Source: Nitrosopumilus sp. (GTDB lineage: Archaea > Thermoproteota > Nitrososphaeria > Nitrososphaerales > Nitrosopumilaceae). From it: a stretch of DNA of 64,000 bases. Of this stretch, positions 9,569 through 23,985 are shown in pieces. Each line of letters starts with the position of its first letter. The first letter of the stretch is position 1. The notes under the pieces were generated by a model. The model did not search any database and was not told the DNA's origin. It saw only the letters and a list, made by a program, of their open reading frames with translations. The position numbers and the translations under genes are program-made. Location: contig OZ242220.1 in the NCBI GenBank assembly GCA_965206745.1, positions 1,120,001-1,184,000 on the forward strand, written 5' to 3'.

Positions 9569-10109
9569 TAATCAAACCGCTTCATATAGCAAATATGATC
9601 TTCATTGCAACGACAACCAAGTACATTGTTATCTCAAGGAAAGATGTCTCTTTTTCTAGCATCATGAAGCAAGCAATAATTATTCAAACAGACTTGTGTT
9701 TTTTAAAAATATCACAGTTAAACAAACCAGTGTTGATATCTTCAGTTAATTGTTGCACTCGCATAAAATATGTGGATTGGTAAATTTTTTTGAAATTGAA
9801 AACATTGATGTGGCAGTATTGTTTTAGAGAACTGGCATTTGCGTGCAATTTGTACTATTTGAAAAAATGCATGACAAAATAAAAAACCACAGCCAAATAT
9901 TAGAAATCCACAACACTGAAATTTTTCAAAAATACCATGTTTGTAAACTGTACTCATCATAATTGCTGCTCCGGTTGGGATTTTCAAAGAAATGGGCGTC
10001 TGTGTCCATCAGATAAAGGTCACACACAAAATACAGACAGACAAAAAATAAAAAAAGTTGCAACATGATGTACCAATGTTTTAATATAACACTATGACTG
10101 ATCAAGCCA

Positions 10110-11288
10110 ATGACACAAAAACGTATAATGACCTCAATTGGTATACTAGCACTATTTGCTATACTTCCAAATGTATATGCAGGTGCAGATGATGATGACG
10201 TGGCACCAGCCCCGCCATCAATAGGTGCAGACATACCACTGACATACTTTGGGCCAGCCCCATCTGATGTTCAAAAGGAATTAATCGGACCATATCAGTT
10301 ACTGAAATCTGGGCAAATGGATCTTGATGCAGGCACTATAACTTTGCCTTTGTATCAGGGATTCGTACAAATTGACCAATTCAACACTGAGACAGTTTGG
10401 TTTATCTTAACTGACACAACTGATGGTGCAAATGCAGCAGCACTTGGAATCAATCACTCTCCAAAGCTTGCATACTCAGAGACCGCAAATTCTGTTAGAA
10501 CAGGATTCATAAATGATAATGGAAACATTGCATTTAATGGCGGGTCAGTTGACTTTACGCCATCAAGATCTTTGACCCCTGGTCAAGCCTCACCATTTCC
10601 ACCAGCTGATTTTCAGCCAGGTAGTGTAGGCGATGCAGAGTATTCACCACTGGTAAAAATAACAAATGCCGGTGGACACATCTACAATGCACCAGTGGTA
10701 GCCACAGGTAGTGCTGACTCAGTAACTGCTTGTGACGGAGATCCTGATTACAAAAAAGTCCACGACAGGGTAGTCAGAATTTGTCCTGAAGAAGCAACTG
10801 TAACGATGGAGCTTGCAGCAGGCTTTAGCTTTGCACGACCGGTACTATACATCAGTACAGAATCGAATCATCCAATGGCTGCAACACTAGAAGGTGCAAC
10901 ATTTGCACCAGCACTTGATGGAATTGTTGTAGGTAGAGATGACTCTGCATTTTCAGCAGTTGAGAGAATCTTTGTAATTGCAAATGGCCCCATGGGAAAA
11001 GAAAATCCCCAAAGACAGGGTCTTAATAGTGCAATAGCAGATCACAGAACTCCTCTCAATGTACTGGGCGGCATACCAACAATAGCTACTGATTACTCCC
11101 CACTGTGGGATGTCAATTTGGGCTTTTGGACAGATGAGGCACTAGAGAAAAACTATGATTCCAGAGTATCTGAAGAGTTTCAGATATTGGGACTAGTTGA
11201 ACAAGGATGGATTACAGGACCAGATGGTGGTGACTTTGGCAGTACAGGTATAATTGTAAACTGCCCAATCGCCTTTAGGTTCCTATAA
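10110..11288 (+). CDS. Secreted acidic protein of unknown function
   Basis: Signal peptide ending VYA-G; 392-aa ORF rich in Gly/Asp/Pro; two YSPL motifs. Confidence 0.8.
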   Translation: MTQKRIMTSIGILALFAILPNVYAGADDDDVAPAPPSIGADIPLTYFGPAPSDVQKELIGPYQLLKSGQMDLDAGTITLPLYQGFVQIDQFNTETVWFILTDTTDGANAAALGINHSPKLAYSETANSVRTGFINDNGNIAFNGGSVDFTPSRSLTPGQASPFPPADFQPGSVGDAEYSPLVKITNAGGHIYNAPVVATGSADSVTACDGDPDYKKVHDRVVRICPEEATVTMELAAGFSFARPVLYISTESNHPMAATLEGATFAPALDGIVVGRDDSAFSAVERIFVIANGPMGKENPQRQGLNSAIADHRTPLNVLGGIPTIATDYSPLWDVNLGFWTDEALEKNYDSRVSEEFQILGLVEQGWITGPDGGDFGSTGIIVNCPIAFRFL

Positions 11289-11290
11289 CC

Positions 11291-11299
11291 TTTTTTTTT
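11291..11299 (+). terminator. Oligo-T archaeal terminator
   Basis: T9 run starting 3 nt after the stop codon at 11288. Confidence 0.55.
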
Positions 11300-11810
11300 A
11301 ATATTTTTCAAGCATTAAATGACATGACTCAGGCTTTGCCAGATGACTCTGGTTTTAAGCATCGATGATTGGTTGAACTCAGCAGTTTGGGCATGTCAGG
11401 ACAAACTAATAATCTGTAAAATAGACACCATTCACGGGGTAACGAGAACGGGTGGGAGATTGCATACGGTTGGATTTTCAAAACTTTTCTTGCTTCTAAT
11501 ATCACTTTGTTTCTTTTGTAACACAAGGCATGGTTTGAACAGATGAAAATATCAGATAATGATTCATAGTATTCAAATCTTGACTGAGCAAATAATGCAT
11601 CATAATTCATCAGTTTTGTATATTTTGTTTTCAATCATTTGGTCACTAGTAGACAAACACAGGAGTTTGAAGGACGTCAATTCTTACAAGTTCGTCAATA
11701 ACTTTCCTGCAGGATAGGTCATGAATCGACATGATATCAATGAATGTTGTTATCTCATTACATTAGACATAAAACGAAAAGATCATGATGATTTCATGGA
11801 AAGCTATGGA

Positions 11811-12461
11811 AAGCTCATGATGATTCATGTAAAGCTCATGATGATTCATGTAAAGCTCATGATGATTCATGTAAAGCTCATGATGATTCATGTAAAGCTC
11901 ATGATGATTCATGTAAAGCTCATGATGATTCATGTAAAGCTCATGATGATTCATGTAAAGCTCATGATGATTCATGTAAAGCTCATGATGATTCATGTAA
12001 AGCTCATGATGATTCATGTAAAGCTCATGATGATTCATGTAAAGCTCATGATGATTCATGTAAAGCTCATGATGATTCATGTAAAGCTCATGATGATTCA
12101 TGTAAAGCTCATGATGATTCATGTAAAGCTCATGATGATTCATGTAAAGCTCATGATGATTCATGTAAAGCTCATGATGATTCATGTAAAGCTCATGATG
12201 ATTCATGTAAAGCTCATGATGATTCATGTAAAGCTCATGATGATTCATGTAAAGCTCATGATGATTCATGTAAAGCTCATGATGATTCATGTAAAGCTCA
12301 TGATGATTCATGTAAAGCTCATGATGATTCATGTAAAGCTCATGATGATTCATGTAAAGCTCATGATGATTCATGTAAAGCTCATGATGATTCATGTAAA
12401 GCTCATGATGATTCATGTAAAGCTCATGATGATTCATGTAAAGCTCATGATGATTCATGTA
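11811..12461. repeat. Tandem repeat of 31 perfect copies of the 21-bp unit AAGCTCATGATGATTCATGTA, with degenerate copies on both flanks (about 11778-11810 and 12462-12487)
   Basis: Read directly; period 21, no spacers. Confidence 0.97.
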
Positions 12462-12524
12462 AAGCTCATGATGATTTCATGAATGTAAAGAAAATTTGTC
12501 GTGTAATATGTGATCGTCGTGCAC

Positions 12525-12557
12525 GGATCTGCCCAGGTTTGCACCTAAAGCAGATCC
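12525..12557 (-). other. GCAA-tetraloop hairpin in the 23S 3' trailer
   Basis: Minus strand GGATCTGC-TTTAGGT-GCAA-ACCTGG-GCAGATCC. Confidence 0.65.
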
Positions 12558-12574
12558 ACGCCTCTATGTAAGTG

Positions 12575-15567
<2,993 letters not shown>

Positions 15568-15684
15568 CGGTATATTCAGCCACATATTACACGACTATGC
15601 ACGACGATCATTGCAAACCACCGGTAAGTGGTCCACTACATCCTTCATACATCACTTTCGTGATGCATTGCATCGATGATTTCA

Positions 15685-17274
<1,590 letters not shown>

Positions 17275-17416
17275 CTCAGATATTGATCACTTGATCAAAT
17301 CCTCATTCTTGTATGCGTAACTGGAGGCCCATGAATCACAAAGTGGCATATTACCATACTTCATCACGAGCGCCGCCTATTGCGTTACGTATGCAGAAGT
17401 CAAAGAATGCAGAAAC

Positions 17417-17424
17417 CATATAAA
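17417..17424 (-). promoter_or_regulatory. Candidate TATA box (TTTATATG) of the rRNA operon
   Basis: Best TATA match upstream of the 16S leader. Confidence 0.5.
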
Positions 17425-17553
17425 CCAAGCGTGAAATTATGCCTGATCGGTTCAAAAAATTGTAAAAATTACACATTTTTCAGAACCAGCCTAGGCCAAA
17501 GCAAACGGGAGGATTCTTGTCAATGGTTAAAATGACAGATCTGGTTTTGAAAA

Positions 17554-18834
17554 TTGCTTTTGAACTATATCACAGAGTACAAAAAAAAGACAAAAAATTC
17601 TGCAAAAATATTTGCAAAGTCCTTGAAACTCCACGTGAATGGTGTCTCTCATAATATACGATTTTATGAACCATATCCATTTGTGGTAAAATCATCGGCA
17701 GGGAAAAATCTAGTCGACGTGGATGACAACAGATACACAGATTATTGGATGGGTCATTGGAGTTTGATTTTAGGACATGGCCCAAAAGAGGTCAAAGATT
17801 CCCTGAAAACGCAGATAGAGAAGAGCTGGATGTATGGAACAGTAAATGAGCAGACAATAAAATTATCAGAGTTGATTTCAAAGGCAGTCCCAGTGGCTGA
17901 AAAGATTCGCTATGTCACATCAGGAACAGAAGCTACAATGTATGCAGTCAGACTGGCTCGTTCGGCAACGGGAAGGAAGATCATTGCAAAGATTGACGGA
18001 GGATGGCACGGATACACATCAGATTTGCTAAAGAGCGTCAACTGGCCATTTACAGAATCAGAAAGCAGCGGGGTGGTAAATGAAGAAGAGATTGTTTCAA
18101 TACCATACAACGATTTGGAAGGTTCGCTTGAGATTCTCAAAAAACATGCAAAGAGATTGGCAGGTGTGATTGTAGAACCTGTGTTAGGTGGGGCAGGATG
18201 CATTCCAGCTACCTTAGAATATCTCAGGGGGATTCAAGAGTTTGCCCATAAGAACGAGTCGTTATTTATTCTCGATGAAATTGTCACGGGATTCAGATTC
18301 AGATACGGGTGTCTGTACCCCACGATGGGATTGGATCCGGACATCGTTACACTAGGCAAAATTGTGGGGGGCGGGATGGCAATCGGCGTGATGTGCGGCA
18401 AAAAAGAGATCATGGAACATGCAGATACCACAGGTAAAAAAAAATCAGAGCGAAGCTATGTCGGAGGCGGCACGTTTTCTGCAAACCCAGCATCCATGAC
18501 ATCAGGATATGCGACACTGTCAGTTTTGAAAGATAACAGTTCAGTGTATTCTAAAATTAATGATTTGGGAGAGTATGCCAGGGAAGAGCTAACCAAGTTC
18601 TTTGATGGGAAGGTGGTAGTTACAGGCAAGGGATCCCTATTCATGACACATTTTCTCAAAGATGGAATTACGGAGATCACTAATGCGGCCCAAGCATCAA
18701 TGTGTGATCTGAAGGCCCTGCATGAGTATCATTTTAAAATGATAGCACACGATGGAATCTTCTTTCTGCCAGGCAAGCTAGGGGCAGTATCAAATGCACA
18801 TACAAAAGCAGACATCAAAAAAATGACAAGTTGA
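17554..18834 (+). CDS. hemL: Glutamate-1-semialdehyde 2,1-aminomutase (class III aminotransferase)
   Basis: [25 protein letters not shown] Lys in [17 protein letters not shown]. Confidence 0.85.
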   Translation: MLLNYITEYKKKTKNSAKIFAKSLKLHVNGVSHNIRFYEPYPFVVKSSAGKNLVDVDDNRYTDYWMGHWSLILGHGPKEVKDSLKTQIEKSWMYGTVNEQTIKLSELISKAVPVAEKIRYVTSGTEATMYAVRLARSATGRKIIAKIDGGWHGYTSDLLKSVNWPFTESESSGVVNEEEIVSIPYNDLEGSLEILKKHAKRLAGVIVEPVLGGAGCIPATLEYLRGIQEFAHKNESLFILDEIVTGFRFRYGCLYPTMGLDPDIVTLGKIVGGGMAIGVMCGKKEIMEHADTTGKKKSERSYVGGGTFSANPASMTSGYATLSVLKDNSSVYSKINDLGEYAREELTKFFDGKVVVTGKGSLFMTHFLKDGITEITNAAQASMCDLKALHEYHFKMIAHDGIFFLPGKLGAVSNAHTKADIKKMTS

Positions 18835-18840
18835 TCACCT

Positions 18841-19197
18841 TCAAATTTTTGAAAAAGACCTCTTCCACAGAGTCAGTTTGTTGAATATTTCAAGATAGTC
18901 ATCAGATCTTGTAGTGATGTGGATATGGGCCAATAATCTGCCATATTGTGCCTCCAAAATCATCGTACATTCATCCTTGAAAAAGGGTACAGATACGCCG
19001 ATCTTTTTCAAAGAATCAAATTTAAAATGCTCAACTTTCAGATAGTCGCTTCTAATGGCAACCTGCTTTTTGTCAGAATTGTTATTGATGGATTCATCAA
19101 GCTGCCTTTTTACAGAATCATCCCAGACGGGGGAATCTTGAGGCCACCTGTGAATGTGTACCTTGTCTGCAAGATAATTCAACTCAAAGTCAGGCAA
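18841..19197 (-). CDS. Hypothetical protein
   Basis: 118-aa ORF with protein-like composition, converging on hemL. Confidence 0.65.
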   Translation of the reverse strand: MPDFELNYLADKVHIHRWPQDSPVWDDSVKRQLDESINNNSDKKQVAIRSDYLKVEHFKFDSLKKIGVSVPFFKDECTMILEAQYGRLLAHIHITTRSDDYLEIFNKLTLWKRSFSKI

Positions 19198-19405
19198 TAT
19201 CTCAAATCATTTTTGATGAAAATTAAGCGTTATCATCAGGATCAAGCCAGGATAGCCACAGTAGGTTTTTGTCTAGTCACATCGTGAAAAAGATACAAGG
19301 CCCTCAGAGGACTGGCTGGAAGGCAAGAGGAGGTAGCAAGATTAGGCAGTAGGAGGATTTCAGGCCAGACCAAACTTTCATTAGCAATATCACTTTTGAG
19401 GGATC

Positions 19406-20227
19406 ATGGGACTGTTTGGCTCAAAAGAGGACGTGGAGGATTTGCTGTATAATGCAATGTCGCTAATGGAGAAGAACCAGCCAAAAGGGGCCATCGCACT
19501 ATTCAACAAGGTTCTAAAACAAGAGTCAAAAAACACCCCGGCGTTATTCAACAAAGGCCTAGCATTAAACCGGATAAAAAAGTACAGCGATGCCATAACA
19601 TGCTTTGATATTTTAATTGAGATTAACCCCAAAGACTCCCAAGCCTGGAACAACAAAGGAATTGCAATGGCTGAAAACGGAAATATCCAGGCATCAGCAG
19701 AGTGCTACGAGAATGCAATTCAGGCAGATCCAAAGAACGCGTCGGCGTACTTTAACAAAGGCGTACTGCTAGACAAACTGCAGGAACCCCAGGAGGCCTT
19801 GACGGTACTAGACAAGGCCATCACGATTGATTCAAGAAAGCCAAATGTCGTCATTTACAAAGGAATCATACTAGGCAAAATGAAAAGACATGAGGAAGCT
19901 TTGAACTGTTTTGAAAATGTTTGTAAAAAATATCCAAACAACCAAGATGCATTCTTTCAAAAGGGCGTCCAGTTGGCAGAACTAGGAAAGCATGAAAAAG
20001 CACTTGCAGTCTTTGATGGCATTCTGAAAAAATTCAAGGACAATGCAAACGTCATTTACGCAAAATCACGAAGCATGGCAGCATTAGAAAGATATCCCGA
20101 ATCACTGGAATTGCTAAAGCAGGCAGTCTCCAGAAACCCCAAAGTCATTCGCATGTGGGCAAAGGAGGAACCAATCTTTGAAAAATTACACAGCAATGAT
20201 CAGTTTAGAAAAATGGTAAAACTATAG
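19406..20227 (+). CDS. Tetratricopeptide repeat protein
   Basis: Repeated 34-aa units (ALFNKG, AWNNKG, AYFNKG, AFFQKG). Confidence 0.92.
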   Translation: MGLFGSKEDVEDLLYNAMSLMEKNQPKGAIALFNKVLKQESKNTPALFNKGLALNRIKKYSDAITCFDILIEINPKDSQAWNNKGIAMAENGNIQASAECYENAIQADPKNASAYFNKGVLLDKLQEPQEALTVLDKAITIDSRKPNVVIYKGIILGKMKRHEEALNCFENVCKKYPNNQDAFFQKGVQLAELGKHEKALAVFDGILKKFKDNANVIYAKSRSMAALERYPESLELLKQAVSRNPKVIRMWAKEEPIFEKLHSNDQFRKMVKL

Positions 20228-20932
20228 AATCTTTTTTCTAACTGCATCAATGCGAAGCAATCTGACTTTTTTCTTCGGTCCAATTAATCTGGCCTCAAAA
20301 ATAGGAATGTAAACTTCTGTAATCTTGTGCAATATGAACTCCTCGTTAAGATCCCTAACATCATTCTCCAGTGGTTTTTTTAATTGGGATCGAAGCATTT
20401 TGATTGCAGCATTATGCGTTATGTCGAGTTTGCTGACATTGGCAGAATTTTGCTCCAGCAGTCTTTTAGGATAGTTTTCAACAGTTTTTGAATTAATTTT
20501 AAAGGGAAATTTAATCTCTTGGCCGTGATGATCAAAGGCCAGTTCATTTTCTTCTTCAACAAAGACATGCTCTTCTAATTTCAAGTCAACCTTATTTTTG
20601 CCTCGCTTGCCAACAAATGCTTTTGTGATTTTGGATTTGGAACGAACTGGGAAAAGGCCGCCACCCAGGGAGACCTCAAGGACGTTGGAATCCACGGAAA
20701 TTAGGTGATCTGCATTTCTAAAATAGTCAGCAATGTATTTTCCTGAAACCATCAAAATGCATTCATAGTACAGTTTCAAAGAGTGGACATGCACATCATC
20801 TGCCTTTGGTCTGGAAAGCAATGATTTGAAGGGGGAGGTTTTTTTGGAGTTGACAATAGCCATGGCCTGCGTTTCATCAATTTTTTTTCGCAAGACCACA
20901 GTCTTTACATCATTATTTTTTGTCAAAACCAT
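20222..20932 (-). CDS. Hypothetical basic protein
   Basis: 236-aa ORF, no recognised motif. Confidence 0.75.
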   Translation of the reverse strand: MVLTKNNDVKTVVLRKKIDETQAMAIVNSKKTSPFKSLLSRPKADDVHVHSLKLYYECILMVSGKYIADYFRNADHLISVDSNVLEVSLGGGLFPVRSKSKITKAFVGKRGKNKVDLKLEEHVFVEEENELAFDHHGQEIKFPFKINSKTVENYPKRLLEQNSANVSKLDITHNAAIKMLRSQLKKPLENDVRDLNEEFILHKITEVYIPIFEARLIGPKKKVRLLRIDAVRKKIL

Positions 20933-21007
20933 TCAGAGTACGCTATTCTATCTATTAAATCAATTCAGATAGGAAAGAAATATTACATTTGGAATCATTC
21001 CCAAAGT

Positions 21008-21370
21008 ATGGCAGATAACAAGGGAGGATATATCGACAAATTCCTCAAAAAAGCAGACAAGGCAATTCAGGAGGGAGTTAAAAAGGCAGATGCGGCACTG
21101 GATGAGGCAGTAGAGTTTGGAACAATGACTGCAAGACAGGCAGCCAAGACAAGCAAAGAATTGCACAAACAGGCAGCCAAAGAAAAGGAATCATTACAAA
21201 AGAAAGGGATCAAAAAGATCAACGAAGGGATATCGGTTGCAAAAAGAGTTACGGCAAATACCAGTGAAGATTTAGAAATATTAGAAAAGTTAGGCAAGTT
21301 AAGAAAGGCACGAGTAATTACAGAGAAAGAGTTTCAAGATAAAAAGAAGAAGATTCTAAGCAGGATATGA
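21008..21370 (+). CDS. Coiled-coil protein with C-terminal SHOCT-like domain
   Basis: LEKLGKLRKARVITEKEFQDKKKKIL. Confidence 0.75.
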   Translation: MADNKGGYIDKFLKKADKAIQEGVKKADAALDEAVEFGTMTARQAAKTSKELHKQAAKEKESLQKKGIKKINEGISVAKRVTANTSEDLEILEKLGKLRKARVITEKEFQDKKKKILSRI

Positions 21371-21822
21371 AAAAGACAAACATTTCAGGTACCGGGGACA
21401 GGCGGGATGTAAACCCAGACTGGTTTACAAACAAAACATGGATGAAAGTACTTTCAGAGAAGATCAAGGCAAAGGATCAAGACATCTATCATGTTCATTT
21501 TCAAAACGGTGCAAGGACCAAACTTCATCAGCATGATGGCAATCAGGTGCTAATAGTCGTAAGTGGAAAAGGCAGCCTTGAGATCTTTAAAAGATACGGC
21601 ACCCACAAGTCCAACTTTAAGATAAGGAGAACAGAGAGGATCAGCCTAAACCAAGGGGACATCGTCCACATTCCGGCAAAAACACTCCACACGCATGGCT
21701 CAATTGAGAAGAGTAGGGAATTTTCCCACATTGCAATCAACATACTTGCAAAGAAGAACGGAGTGTACAAAACACAATGGTACGAGTCTGATTTTAAGAC
21801 CAAGGTTTCAAAGATCATCTAA
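21367..21822 (+). CDS. Cupin domain protein
   Basis: HQH...Q, GDIVHIPAKTLHTHG. Confidence 0.85.
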   Translation: MKKTNISGTGDRRDVNPDWFTNKTWMKVLSEKIKAKDQDIYHVHFQNGARTKLHQHDGNQVLIVVSGKGSLEIFKRYGTHKSNFKIRRTERISLNQGDIVHIPAKTLHTHGSIEKSREFSHIAINILAKKNGVYKTQWYESDFKTKVSKII

Positions 21823-21824
21823 AA

Positions 21825-22187
21825 ATGTCATTACGTAAAAACTCTCAGATAGATACGATTCAGGGGAATGAAGGAACTAAGATTAAGCAGTATTTTCACC
21901 CGCACAACACGCTAAACGGGATTAGCTATAGTTTGGCACAGTTCACTTTGGAATCTGGAAAAAAATCAAAATTGCACAAAATGAGTTCATCGGAGATATT
22001 CTACATTTTGGATGGCACAGGCATTTTGCACATCAATGATGAGACTCATCATTTAAACAAGGATGACTCAGCATACGTTCCGCCTAATGCCAAGCAGTTT
22101 ATTGAAAACTCTGGGAAAGAGAATTTAAGATTTTTGTGCATAGTTGAACCGGCATGGAGGGCAGAAGATGAGATTCTGCTAGAATAA
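21825..22187 (+). CDS. Cupin domain protein
   Basis: EIFYILDGTG, YVPPNAKQFIEN. Confidence 0.85.
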   Translation: MSLRKNSQIDTIQGNEGTKIKQYFHPHNTLNGISYSLAQFTLESGKKSKLHKMSSSEIFYILDGTGILHINDETHHLNKDDSAYVPPNAKQFIENSGKENLRFLCIVEPAWRAEDEILLE

Positions 22188-22234
22188 GGGACAAATACAA
22201 TTATTTTTAACATATGACAAATCAGTAATTCCTA

Positions 22235-22909
22235 GTGAACACATACCAAGCACTCAAAGTATTGAATATGGATTCCAATTCGTCACAAACTGAGATCAAG
22301 GCAGCATACAGAAGGATGGCATTGGAGCTGCATCCGGATAAAAATCAGAACAAGACCCAAGGGGAGGAATTCAAAAAGATTACCGAGGCATATAACCATC
22401 TAAAGAAAAATTACAGTCAAGATGACAGTTCTGGCCATCAGGGAGCAACCCAAGGTGGACCTAGAAATGATTTTAAAAGAAAACCCCAATGGGGAGCCCC
22501 AGATGATGGTAGCATTCCAGAGCAGGATTGGGGCAAGTATACTAGACAATTCGAAGAAGGAGATCCGGACTTTTGGAAAGAGTATGAGAGAAAGTTTTGG
22601 GAAGATTACAATGCACGGATTCGTGCAGACGGCAGAAATGGAGAATATGAAAAAGCACAAGAGCCCAAAAAACAACCAGATCTTTTTGTACAGGTCGACG
22701 AAAGTTTGTGCATAGGTTGTTGTAGCTGTGAAACCATTGCACCAGGAGTATTTGAAATAGATAGGAACCGCAAATCAAATCCCAAATCATCAGTGATCAA
22801 CCAAAAGGGCGAAGGAGTCAACAAAATAATGAATGCCGCTAAAACGTGTCCAACAAAAGCAATCAATGTAGAGGACTCTGAAACCAAAGAAAAGCTATTT
22901 CCGTATTAG
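22235..22909 (+). CDS. DnaJ-ferredoxin fusion (J domain plus Fe-S ferredoxin)
   Basis: HPD motif (LELHPDKN); C-terminal CIGCCSC...CP. Confidence 0.9.
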   Translation: MNTYQALKVLNMDSNSSQTEIKAAYRRMALELHPDKNQNKTQGEEFKKITEAYNHLKKNYSQDDSSGHQGATQGGPRNDFKRKPQWGAPDDGSIPEQDWGKYTRQFEEGDPDFWKEYERKFWEDYNARIRADGRNGEYEKAQEPKKQPDLFVQVDESLCIGCCSCETIAPGVFEIDRNRKSNPKSSVINQKGEGVNKIMNAAKTCPTKAINVEDSETKEKLFPY

Positions 22910-23310
22910 GATTTTAGTCGGTCGTATAGTTTGTCCATTTCAGATTCAGACATACTCACAGGTGTAAACATGCTATGAATTGGGCCTGCAGAATCACCCT
23001 TGCTTCTTGGAACTAGGTGCACATGAACATGGGGAATTTCCTGACCTGCATCTGGGCCATTGTGTATTGCAATCAGAGTAGACCCAGTGATCTTGTCCAC
23101 ATTTGGGATCATTTCGTGAACAAGAGAGAACAGATCGGTATTTTCTTCCACACTCATATCTTGCATCTTTTCATGGTGATTTTTTGGTATGACCAAAACA
23201 TGCCCACTTGCAAGAGGAAATGCATCCAAAAATGAAATGGAATTGGCAGTCTCTTTGAGAAATTTAGATTTGATTTTCCCAGAAACAATTTTACAAAAAA
23301 TACAATCCAT
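22906..23310 (-). CDS. HIT family nucleotide hydrolase
   Basis: DCIFCKI, AGQEIPHVHVHLVPR. Confidence 0.93.
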   Translation of the reverse strand: MDCIFCKIVSGKIKSKFLKETANSISFLDAFPLASGHVLVIPKNHHEKMQDMSVEENTDLFSLVHEMIPNVDKITGSTLIAIHNGPDAGQEIPHVHVHLVPRSKGDSAGPIHSMFTPVSMSESEMDKLYDRLKS

Positions 23311-23348
23311 ACAGTTTTGCTAAATGTCTGAAAATATTAAACCATCTA

Positions 23349-23590
23349 TTATGGCTTAACGGCAGAGATGCCCATGCAAGATCGTTTCCAGATTGAATAG
23401 CAGTAGCCATCGCCTGATTTCAATAGGCAGTCTGATAATTTTTATGGCATCATCGTGTATGAACACAACAGCTCCTCTACGATTACCTAGCAGTGTTACC
23501 TGCTCAAACACATCCCCACATATTAGACTCTAAAATGGGAAAACAGCAACAAATAACACAATTCCGGCAATAAGGCACCTACAGATACAA
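23349..23590 (-). pseudogene. Frameshifted small membrane-anchored protein gene
   Basis: Hydrophobic segment CLIAGIVLFVAVFPF followed by an in-frame TAG; DLAWAS and VKP-stop lie in other frames; resembles a small Nitrosopumilus protein from memory. Confidence 0.4.
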
Positions 23591-23622
23591 GACTAGTTTT
23601 TTGGCTTGGGCCAAAACTCCAT

Positions 23623-23790
23623 TTACCAGGTACCGCCATCTCCAGCATTAGGATCTAATTTTTTAGCAGGTACGTTTCCATGCGCTTTTTTCATGTGTTT
23701 TTTTAGTCGCTCTGGATCATGTAACTCAGTCCCGCAAACATCACATTTGGTGTTATTCTCGTCTTCTTTTTTACGTTTGAACAGACCCAT
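23623..23790 (-). CDS. Small C2H2 zinc-finger protein (55 aa; not in the ORF track)
   Basis: MGLFKRKKEDENNTKCDVCGTELHDPERLKKHMKKAHGNVPAKKLDPNAGDGGTW. Confidence 0.8.
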   Translation of the reverse strand: MGLFKRKKEDENNTKCDVCGTELHDPERLKKHMKKAHGNVPAKKLDPNAGDGGTW

Positions 23791-23985
23791 TAAATGGTAA
23801 AATATCGAAATAGATTAAAAATGATGCGAAAAGATCTTTCTGGATTTGAGAGTGTCAGGGGCAGGTTCACATCCGCATGCACAATCCAGGTGTAAATTTC
23901 GTATGTATGCAGGAAAAGATCCACCAATTTGAGTACACGCCCCTAAAAGATCACATTATAAGGGATATTCAATTTTTGCGTTATT

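Noticed and set aside
9570-10100. Short ORFs 9595-9783 and 9742-9987
   Set aside because: Low-complexity AT-rich translations with no family signal.
11329-11634. 101-aa minus-strand ORF and overlapping 67-aa plus-strand ORF
   Set aside because: No motif or clear start signal; cannot be told from chance.
11811-12461. CRISPR array
   Set aside because: Units are contiguous with no spacers, and there are no cas genes in the window.
11721-12482. ORFs (KLMMIHV)n on plus and (MNHHELY)n on minus
   Set aside because: They follow automatically from a stop-free 21-bp unit; there is no synonymous variation and no convincing start context. A His/Met-rich metal-binding peptide cannot be fully excluded without proteomics.
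18800-18840. Possibly shortened hemL C-terminus
   Set aside because: At most a few residues are affected and all catalytic motifs are intact; cannot be judged without an alignment.
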